DNA of 64,000 nucleotides, from positions 143,557 to 207,556 of the forward strand of contig JAKBVZ010000035.1 of the NCBI GenBank assembly GCA_021841005.1. Direction: 5' to 3'. The position numbers and the translations under genes are program-made. The notes beneath the pieces are model-generated. The model saw nothing but the letters and a program-made list of their open reading frames with translations, made no database searches and was not told where the DNA came from. Shown here piece after piece: positions 55,607 to 62,758 of this stretch. The DNA comes from Actinomycetes bacterium (lineage in GTDB: Bacteria > Actinomycetota > Acidimicrobiia > Acidimicrobiales > JAMCPL01). Each line of letters opens with the position of its first letter. The stretch's first letter is position 1.

Positions 55607-56443
55607 ATGATGGCAAAGATGAGTGATGTCATCCGGGTAGGCGTATTGGGAGCAGGTGGAAGGATGGGGCGGGAGATATGTAGATCGGTAACCCAGGATA
55701 CCGATCTCGAATTAGTTGCGGCGGTGGACCCACGATTTGCTGGTATCGACATAGGCCAGGTGGCAGGGCCTGATGTGGCGGGACTCGATATTGCGGGGGA
55801 CATCGAAGCGTTGTCGAGGGGAGGTGCCGATGTAGCCATAGATTTCACCATAGCGGAGTCCACGCTGCGTGCCATGGATTGGTGCGCTGTCAATGGAGTT
55901 CATATGGTTGTGGGCACTACGGGTCTAGGTGACGATGACATGCAACACGCAATGACGCTGTTTGAAGATTCTAATGCGAATTGTCTTGTGGCATCCAATT
56001 TTGCGGTGGGAGCCGTGCTCATGAACAGGTTTGTGGAGATGGCGGCGAAGTACATGGACGGAGCGGAAGTGATCGAAATTCATCATGACCAGAAGGTCGA
56101 CGCTCCTTCGGGTACTGCATTGCGCCTGGCCGAGTCTATAGCCCATGGTGCCTCACTTGGTGTCCGCAATGGCCGCAGTTTCGGGATGGACAATACCCAA
56201 CGCCATGTGGTCGAAGGGGTAAGGGGAGGTGCTGCGGATGGCGGTATACGCATCCACTCGCTACGGATTCCAGGTATGGTCGCTCATCATGAGGTGGTGT
56301 TTGGTTCGGTGGGTCAGTCCCTTACCATCCGTCATGATGCCTTCGACCGTACCTCCTTCATGCCGGGTGTACTGATCGCCACAAAAGCCGTACGAGAACG
56401 CCGGGGGCTTACGATCGGCCTCGATTCGTTGCTCGGGATCTAG
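55607..56443 (+). CDS. dapB: 4-hydroxy-tetrahydrodipicolinate reductase
   Basis: IRVGVLGAGGRMGREI NAD(P) fold and EIHHDQKVDAPSGTA motif. Start is ATG 55607, 55610 or 55619. Confidence 0.9.
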   Translation: MMAKMSDVIRVGVLGAGGRMGREICRSVTQDTDLELVAAVDPRFAGIDIGQVAGPDVAGLDIAGDIEALSRGGADVAIDFTIAESTLRAMDWCAVNGVHMVVGTTGLGDDDMQHAMTLFEDSNANCLVASNFAVGAVLMNRFVEMAAKYMDGAEVIEIHHDQKVDAPSGTALRLAESIAHGASLGVRNGRSFGMDNTQRHVVEGVRGGAADGGIRIHSLRIPGMVAHHEVVFGSVGQSLTIRHDAFDRTSFMPGVLIATKAVRERRGLTIGLDSLLGI

Positions 56444-56486
56444 CGGTCTGTCCTCTCCGCTTTTGATGGTAAGATTGCCTTCAATT

Positions 56487-56523
56487 CCACCTGGATGGGC
56501 TCTCGAGAATCCCATCCAGGTGG
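56487..56523. terminator. 13-bp perfect inverted repeat between convergent dapB and the small membrane gene
   Basis: CCACCTGGATGGG-(11 nt)-CCCATCCAGGTGG. It is nested inside a second complementary pair, CAATTCCACC / GGTGGAATTG. No U-tract, so terminator function is inferred only. Confidence 0.4.
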
Positions 56524-56596
56524 CAGAACTGGTAAGGGTGGAGTTGCTCGGTGGAATTGCCAAGTATTAGGTAAGATGAGTTGGCATTTCGTGGTG

Positions 56597-56848
56597 TCAG
56601 TTGCATCGCGAGCCGGCAAGCACACCCAGGGAAGCCACGATTGTGGGAGTCAGGTAGTCGAGGACGATCCTTATCCCGAGTACTATGCTCAGATGCCCTG
56701 CTGCCAATACTGTGCCTTGATTGATACCTACGAGGATTGTGCCCACGATCAAACCTATTGACACAATGCGGCGACGGTTAGCCCGGTGCCACCACACCGA
56801 GCAGGCTTCTCTTGACGTGGACCAGGTTGGAGGTACGGCAGGGGACAT
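56597..56848 (-). CDS. Small membrane protein, NrtS-like (putative)
   Basis: 83 aa. The IGLIVGTILVGINQG...LDYLTPTIVASLGVLAG pattern resembles the small NrtS family as recalled from memory. Not verified. Confidence 0.45.
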   Translation of the reverse strand: MSPAVPPTWSTSREACSVWWHRANRRRIVSIGLIVGTILVGINQGTVLAAGHLSIVLGIRIVLDYLTPTIVASLGVLAGSRCN

Positions 56849-56995
56849 ATTGGAATTGAATTATAGCATTTCACTCAGGCGTATCAGGATGGTACGTACG
56901 TAAAGCGATCCAGCCTGCGTAGGTGAAACCATCCAGCCCACGTAGGGGTAATCTCCGTTTACAGGCATGGCGAAAAGCGCGAAGATTGAAATATT

Positions 56996-58150
56996 ATGTA
57001 CGCATTCGCCACAACCAAGATTACTGAAAGACGCCTGCAGATTGCCCTGGGATTGATATGGCTGCTGGATGGAGCGCTCCAGTTCCAGCCCTACATGTTC
57101 ACCAAGAGTTTTGTCAGGCAGATACTTATTGCCAGTGCACAGGGAAATCCCGGATGGGTGGCTGATCCGACGACATCTATTGCGCACTTCCTAGAGCCCC
57201 ATATCGTTGCCTGGAATGCTGTCTTCGCCACCCTGCAGGTGGCCATAGGGGCCGGGATCATAGCTGGAGCCCTGACAGGACGGGTGCGGCTGTTGAAAGT
57301 GGTACTTGCAGGGTCTTTTGCTTGGTCGTTGATGGTGTGGTGGCTTTCGGAGGGTCTTGGCGGCATCCTGTCGGGAGCATCGCCACTGATGGGTGCACCC
57401 GGTGCTGTAGTGCTCTACCTGATTATCGGATTGCTTCTGTGGCCAGGCAATACGGGTGTACCATGGCGCTTGCCGGCGAAATCAGGCAGGAGCGATGAGG
57501 GGTCTTCGCAGGCCAAGTCAGGGGAGGTGGTGGCAGGTACGGATGACGCATCACGCTCAGGGACAGGGACACTCTCCGGTGCAAACATGCTGGAGTCTTC
57601 GCAAGGTCAGGTAAGTTCAGGCCTCATCAGCGACCGTGGCGCAAGGACAATATGGGCGATCCTGTGGGTCTTCAATGGGTTTCTCCTGCTCGAGCCGTCC
57701 AACCAGATGCCTCAGGCAGTGAGTTCCGCAGTCACGGCGTCTGCTGCAGGTCAACCAGGCTGGTTCCATAGCCTTCTTGTTTCTACCGCCAGTATCTTCC
57801 ACAATACAGGTTCGTGGGTGGATTCCCTGCTGGCTGTGGCCATGCTGCTTGTTGGCATGGGGGTGGCGTTCCATCTTCATCCGCGGCTGATGATTGCCGC
57901 CAGTGTGGTCATTTCGCTGTTTATATGGATATTTGGCGAAGGCTTGGGAGGGATGCTGACTGGACAGGGTACTGATCCCAACTCGGGGCTGTTGCTGGTG
58001 TTGCTGGCTGGCTGCCTGTGGGTGAGGACAGTGTCTCGCGCCGTCAGGTATGGCACTGCAGAAGTGGCATTAGCACGGTCCAATGTACGTACCGGTGTGC
58101 ATGATGAAGTACATGCAGGGACATATGAAGGGGTTGGCAGTTCGTTGTAA
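56996..58150 (+). CDS. Integral membrane protein made of two homologous halves, unknown family
   Basis: Both halves share IW(L/V)..G......P, G(N/Q)PGW and W..(S/G)EGLGG(I/M)L(S/T)G motifs. They are joined by a Ser/Gly-rich linker. Confidence 0.6.
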   Translation: MYAFATTKITERRLQIALGLIWLLDGALQFQPYMFTKSFVRQILIASAQGNPGWVADPTTSIAHFLEPHIVAWNAVFATLQVAIGAGIIAGALTGRVRLLKVVLAGSFAWSLMVWWLSEGLGGILSGASPLMGAPGAVVLYLIIGLLLWPGNTGVPWRLPAKSGRSDEGSSQAKSGEVVAGTDDASRSGTGTLSGANMLESSQGQVSSGLISDRGARTIWAILWVFNGFLLLEPSNQMPQAVSSAVTASAAGQPGWFHSLLVSTASIFHNTGSWVDSLLAVAMLLVGMGVAFHLHPRLMIAASVVISLFIWIFGEGLGGMLTGQGTDPNSGLLLVLLAGCLWVRTVSRAVRYGTAEVALARSNVRTGVHDEVHAGTYEGVGSSL

Positions 58151-58240
58151 CTATTTTGGTTGGTAAACAGTGGAGTGCCCACGCTGGGGCCAGCACGTAC
58201 AGTAGCTTACATTCTTGACTTTTACGATCGGATGATACAG

Positions 58241-60109
58241 CTACTGCTGCGACGGCAGGGTAAGCCAATTGTTTACAAGGGTCCTGCTGAGGCTTCCCAC
58301 ATGAATGGCTGATACCTTGCCGGAAGAGACGAGTACTGCTGTCGGTAGGGCGATGATACCGTAGCGCACCGCCGTCCTCCCGCCTATGTCCATGGCAAGC
58401 GGGTAGGTGATGCCGTATTTCTTGGCAAATACCCTTACTGCACCGGCGGGATTACCCTCGTCTATGCCGGATATTTGCAACTGCTTGCCGTGGAAACGCG
58501 AAGTGGATTCAAGCAGAGGTACCTCTTCGAGGCAGGCTGTGCATGTTGTGGAGAAGAAATCGATCAGGACACGTTTTCCGTTGAAGGCTGAGCTGTCTAC
58601 TCTCTTTCCACCCGTCGCGGAAGGGAGAGCAAACGCCGGTGCCGATCTTCCTATATGTATACCAGCGGTCTCCTGCTCAAGTAGTTTCTCGGGCAGTTTA
58701 GCTGATCCACCGGAAATGTTTGCGATCTTGCCCACCGTTCCAGCTGATGCCGGCAGCTGGCCAGCTGTCGTGGAATTACCGGCAAATGGGGAAGCGCTCT
58801 GGCTGCTAAGGGCCGTAACAGCTATAGGGACTACGATGGCCAAGGCTACCAGGCCTACCAGCCATGGCCTGGCCTGGCCATCCTCTCTGCTGCCGATCGT
58901 GACTACAGGTGTAGTGGCGGTTGGATCGGTGGTCGGATTGGATGTGGACGCTGCGGTGATGGACGTATCTTTTCTGTGGTCTCCCGCAGTGCCGACCCTC
59001 GTGTTCGCTGATCTGATTACCGTACCGTCCTGCCTTTTCCATACCGCAAGACCGGCAGTTGCAGCAACGCCCGCGAGGAGCAGCGCTACCAGACCTATTT
59101 GGGATGAATGCTCGGATATCCAAGTTGCCAGTATCGATTGCCAGCTTTCCACGAGACGCACAGGTGCATTTGCCCGTGTAGGAGATACCAGGTAGCCTAC
59201 CCAGTAGTCCACCAGGTAAGCTCCAGCTGCCACCAGAAGGGCTGCCGCAACTTTCTCCACGTATCTCGATGCTTTCCTCAGCACGTTGACAAACGATGTA
59301 CCTGCCAGTGCGACGCTAATGCTCAGGGCTACAAGCAACGCTGCCATGCCTGCGAGATAGGCGAGCATCCCGCTTGCCACCCCGAATACGCTGCGGTTCT
59401 GATGGAACGGTATTACTCCGGCTATGAATATTGGTAGGGAGCAGGTCAGTGACGACAACGCATAGTATATGCCGAACAGCACTATGGACATCCATGAAAT
59501 CCTGGAATCCTGGATGCGTCTCCAGGTGAATACCGGCACGCCAATCGGTAAGGTCCTTCCTGCAAGGGTAAACGCACCATAGATCACCAGTAGGATGGCA
59601 ACCGGTATCATCGCCCATGGGACAAACTCCATAAACGCGCTAAAGCCTGATTCAAGCAGCACCCCTAGTACGGCGAATACGGCAAGGAATCCTACGGATA
59701 CCAGCACGCCTGCGAGTAGAGCGTCCATTACCGTTCCAGCGGTATTGACATTGCGGGAATGACGCAGGTTATCCAGACCGCTCTGGTGGCCCAGACCGTG
59801 AGGTCTGTCCGGGTTGTGGGAGTTATCTGGGTTATCTGGGTTATCTGGGTTATCTGGGTTATCTGGGTTATCTGGGTTATCTGGGTTATCTGGGTTATCT
59901 GGGTTATCTGGGTTATCTGGGTTGTACTGGTTGTGGGGTCTGTCCGGGTTGTCGAAGTTGTCCGAGCGTGGTCCGGACAGATGGTCGTGACGAGACGACC
60001 GGGACGAAACGAGGATGGACAGGTATGCGGGCAGCAGGGGGAAGCCGCAAGGGTTCACGGTGGTGGCCATTCCCAAGGCGAATGCGTACGCAAGGAGGCT
60101 ATAGCTCAT
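58241..60109 (-). CDS. DipZ-like fusion: CcdA/DsbD-type thiol-disulfide transporter plus C-terminal TlpA/ResA thioredoxin-like domain
   Basis: N-terminal NPCGFPLLPAYL and LTCSLP Cys motifs of CcdA. C-terminal FFSTTCTACLEEVPLL has a CxxC thioredoxin fold. A (NPD)n repeat is inserted after TM1. Confidence 0.8.
   Translation of the reverse strand: MSYSLLAYAFALGMATTVNPCGFPLLPAYLSILVSSRSSRHDHLSGPRSDNFDNPDRPHNQYNPDNPDNPDNPDNPDNPDNPDNPDNPDNPDNPDNSHNPDRPHGLGHQSGLDNLRHSRNVNTAGTVMDALLAGVLVSVGFLAVFAVLGVLLESGFSAFMEFVPWAMIPVAILLVIYGAFTLAGRTLPIGVPVFTWRRIQDSRISWMSIVLFGIYYALSSLTCSLPIFIAGVIPFHQNRSVFGVASGMLAYLAGMAALLVALSISVALAGTSFVNVLRKASRYVEKVAAALLVAAGAYLVDYWVGYLVSPTRANAPVRLVESWQSILATWISEHSSQIGLVALLLAGVAATAGLAVWKRQDGTVIRSANTRVGTAGDHRKDTSITAASTSNPTTDPTATTPVVTIGSREDGQARPWLVGLVALAIVVPIAVTALSSQSASPFAGNSTTAGQLPASAGTVGKIANISGGSAKLPEKLLEQETAGIHIGRSAPAFALPSATGGKRVDSSAFNGKRVLIDFFSTTCTACLEEVPLLESTSRFHGKQLQISGIDEGNPAGAVRVFAKKYGITYPLAMDIGGRTAVRYGIIALPTAVLVSSGKVSAIHVGSLSRTLVNNWLTLPSQQ
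59801..59963. repeat. 9-nt tandem array: 10 perfect GGGTTATCT units (59829-59918) flanked by degenerate units
   Basis: Read directly from the sequence. It is in frame within the DipZ-like CDS and encodes NPD repeats. The plus strand carries G3 runs every 9 nt. Confidence 0.95.
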
Positions 60110-60246
60110 CAGCTTATTGCCGCTTCATCACCGTCGTATAGTTTTTGTGGTCCCTGCCAGGCGTGATAGACCGATGGACACTATCCGTGTATCCTGCTCA
60201 GCTCCACCCCGTGAATCCCAAAACCGTAGCAGCTGGTTATGCATTT

Positions 60247-60308
60247 CTGTATCGTTCCACTTGTATCGTTCCACTTGTATCGTTCCACTTGTATCGTTCC
60301 ACTTGTAT
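60247..60308. repeat. 14-nt tandem repeat TGTATCGTTCCACT x4 plus a partial fifth unit, intergenic
   Basis: Read directly from the sequence. It lies 138-199 nt upstream of the DipZ-like ATG (minus strand). Confidence 0.95.
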
Positions 60309-60355
60309 AGACCTATCATACCATCTGCCGGGTTCTGCCGGCGTAATCATAATGC

Positions 60356-60383
60356 AGGGGTTGCGGCATAGCGGCCGCAGCGG
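60356..60383. repeat. Second copy of the small hairpin element
   Basis: TGCGGCATAGCGGCCGCAGCGG (60361-60382) matches 2762-2783 at 21 of 22 nt. It is flanked by CATAATGCA (60347-55) and CATGATGCA (60384-92). Confidence 0.8.
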
Positions 60384-60689
60384 CCATGATGCAATATACC
60401 GGGTCCTTTTGGTAGCAATGCCGGCACTTATGCGGCCTGCGAGCGCGGTAGGTTGACAATGATGGGCATTATAGGCTTTGAGAACCTCGACAATGCAGAC
60501 TCTGAGCATGAGGGCCTGCAGGTTGCGCCGTGAAGCATTGCTTGATACAATACTGAGTCACTGGTGTGCCGAGGCTGGTGGTCTTGGTCCATTGGACTCA
60601 GCATCCAAGTGAATGCTGAAAATATTGTATGTGTGATGAGGTGCCTCATGGGCTCTCGACCCGTGGTAAGTGATGACGAGTGTTGCTTG

Positions 60690-60855
60690 AATCGCAAGCC
60701 AAGGTTTAGAAGTCTTGGGGAGAATCGGGAAGCCGGTGTAAATCCGGCACGGACCCGCCACTGTGATCGGGGAGTCCTCACCGTTGTGCCACTGGGATAA
60801 TCCTGGGAAGGCAGGTGAGTGATGGTGATCCGGAGTCAGGAGACCGGCCTCATCT
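60690..60855 (+). promoter_or_regulatory. Cobalamin (B12) riboswitch
   Basis: GGGAAGCCGGTGTAAATCCGGCACGGACCCGCCACTGT (60727-60764), GCCACTGGGATAATCCTGGGAAGGC (60788-60812) and AGTCAGGAGACCGGCC (60834-60849) match the conserved core, B12 box and 3' segment of the cobalamin element. The 5' boundary is approximate. Confidence 0.8.
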
Positions 60856-60901
60856 TGGTCAGTGGTCGTGGCAACGACCACCGGAAAGCGGAGGTCTTTT
60901 C

Positions 60902-62746
60902 GTGGAACTTGACGGCACGAGCACTATTCAGGGTGGTGATTCCGCGGAGGTTGGCAGTCCAGCGGTCCGCTCTGCAGGTGATGTTTCGAAGGTCGATCGG
61001 ATGGATGGCGCACGGCCAGATGGCAGTCCACAATATGGCAGTCACCTGGATGGCGCAGCCGGTAATCCAGTCAATGCGTCCACTGGGAGTCCACCCATCG
61101 CCGACTTGCCTACGGCGAGCCTGGATGTTACCAACCGTCCCTGGCGCATCGAGCAGAATGGTATCAGGACCGTACCGGACAGTGCTCGTTCCGGTACGGT
61201 GTGGGATCTGTTCTGGGTATGGTTTGCAGCCAATATAGGCATATTGGGGGTTGTCCTGGGTGCCATAGTCCTGGCATTCGGTTTGAACCTGTGGCAGTCG
61301 ATTCTGGTGATTGCCAGCGGCACGCTGCTGTCGTTTGCCCTGGTGGGTGCGTTTTCCGTAGCAGGTTGGCATGGTAGGGCTCCCATGATGACACTGTCGC
61401 GAGCCGTCTTCGGCATTTACGGTAATATTTTTCCCAATGTGGTTAGCTGGGTGTCTCTTGTGGGATGGGAGACCATAGCGGTCATCACTGGAACGCTGGC
61501 GATGATGGCATTGTTTGGCATGTACTTTCATCTGGGAACGATTTTACTTGGTGCTGCGTCGCTACTCGTGGTGGCGGGTCTTTCAGTGGCGTTCAGCATC
61601 CTTGGCCAGGCCACCTTGGTGGTGGTCCAGAAGTGGGGAAGCTACCTGCTGGGCCTGATGACGCTGGCCGTGCTTGCGGAGATTCTCACGAAGACATCGT
61701 TTCATGCACTGGCTGCACAGCACGCCGGTTCCTGGTTGGATGGTGTACTGCCTGCGTTCTCGATAGTAGTTGCGGGTACGGGCCTTAGCTGGGCCAATGC
61801 GGCGGGAGACTACAGCAGGTATACATCCACCACCACATCCAGGCGGAGTGTATTTTGGGCGCCGGTGGCCGGCGGCTCCATACCTCTAGTAATCCTGATG
61901 ATCACCGGGGTGCTGCTGGGTGCGAAAGATCCTCACATTGCTACTGCCGCAAATCCCATTGCAGCCATACAGCATGTCCTGCCTTCCTGGATGGCGGTCC
62001 CGTACCTGATTACCGCTGCAGGCGGGCTTATCGTGGAAGCTGATCTCAGCCTTTACTCTTCAGGACTCAATCTACTGAATCTGTTCATACCTTTGAAGCG
62101 TTACAAGAGCGTGCTGATCGACTCCGTATTCATGCTGGGCGGAACCGTCTATGTGGTGTTTATATCGAGCAGCTTCTTCCAGCCGTTCGAGTCCTTTATC
62201 TTACTGCTCGGTGCTGGACTGGCATCTTGGGCAGGTGTATTCCTGGCGGGACAGCTCCGCTACAGGGCGGTAGTTGCTGCCATGCCTGACGTGCCGAGTG
62301 CGTCAACCGACTGGGGCCGACCACAGGCAGGGCACCCAAGGCTGCGTCAGGTGGCCCTTGCTGGTACGTCCAGTATGTCAACCACCGTCGCTGCTGCCGC
62401 ATCCGCCATACCTACTATGCAGGGCCAGTCCCGACCGCAGTCACCAGTGCAGCCTTCCGCATCCGCCATACCTACCACACCCGCTGTGAACGTACTCTAT
62501 GATGGACACGCTACGAGCGTGCTCGTACATAAAGGGGTGGGATGGGCCGCTGTCCTAGGCTGGCTGGCTGGTACCTCAATAGGATTGCTGTTCACCACTT
62601 CGCCTTTCTTCGATGGGCCGTTGGCCAAGGGTATCTTTGCTCAGTCCAGTCTCGAGATCCTCGTAGCCTTTCTTGTGGCCGCACTGGTCTTTCTTGTCGT
62701 TGCACGAGTTGTGCGAGCTGCGGAGATTCACGATTGGCTGGCGTGA
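60902..62746 (+). CDS. NCS1-family (purine/cytosine/uracil/thiamine/allantoin type) permease
   Basis: GTVWDLFWVWFAANIGILG...MMTLSRAVFGIYGN...VSWVSLVGWETIAV pattern of NCS1/CodB-like transporters. GTG 60902 was chosen (GGAGG at 60890-94) because the ORF-track start 60815 lies inside the riboswitch aptamer. Confidence 0.8.
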   Translation: MELDGTSTIQGGDSAEVGSPAVRSAGDVSKVDRMDGARPDGSPQYGSHLDGAAGNPVNASTGSPPIADLPTASLDVTNRPWRIEQNGIRTVPDSARSGTVWDLFWVWFAANIGILGVVLGAIVLAFGLNLWQSILVIASGTLLSFALVGAFSVAGWHGRAPMMTLSRAVFGIYGNIFPNVVSWVSLVGWETIAVITGTLAMMALFGMYFHLGTILLGAASLLVVAGLSVAFSILGQATLVVVQKWGSYLLGLMTLAVLAEILTKTSFHALAAQHAGSWLDGVLPAFSIVVAGTGLSWANAAGDYSRYTSTTTSRRSVFWAPVAGGSIPLVILMITGVLLGAKDPHIATAANPIAAIQHVLPSWMAVPYLITAAGGLIVEADLSLYSSGLNLLNLFIPLKRYKSVLIDSVFMLGGTVYVVFISSSFFQPFESFILLLGAGLASWAGVFLAGQLRYRAVVAAMPDVPSASTDWGRPQAGHPRLRQVALAGTSSMSTTVAAAASAIPTMQGQSRPQSPVQPSASAIPTTPAVNVLYDGHATSVLVHKGVGWAAVLGWLAGTSIGLLFTTSPFFDGPLAKGIFAQSSLEILVAFLVAALVFLVVARVVRAAEIHDWLA

Positions 62747-62758
62747 GCTAGTGAGCTA

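Noticed and set aside
59801-60308. CRISPR array
   Set aside because: The 9-nt and 14-nt repeats are strictly tandem with no spacers. The units are far shorter than CRISPR repeats, and there are no cas genes.
60727-60812. Possible TPP (THI-box) riboswitch, which would fit an NCS1 (CytX-like) permease plus ThiD-like kinase
   Set aside because: CTGGGATAATCCTGGGAAGG resembles the TPP element's pyrimidine-sensing arm. However, the CTGAGA and ACCTGA elements are absent, while the cobalamin core and B12 box are present nearly verbatim. This should still be settled with cmsearch.
60815-60901. ORF-track start (60815) of the NCS1 permease
   Set aside because: This segment encodes the 3' part of the cobalamin aptamer (GGGAAGGC ... 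AGTCAGGAGACCGGCC) and the following hairpin. GTG 60902 with a GGAGG SD is a better start.
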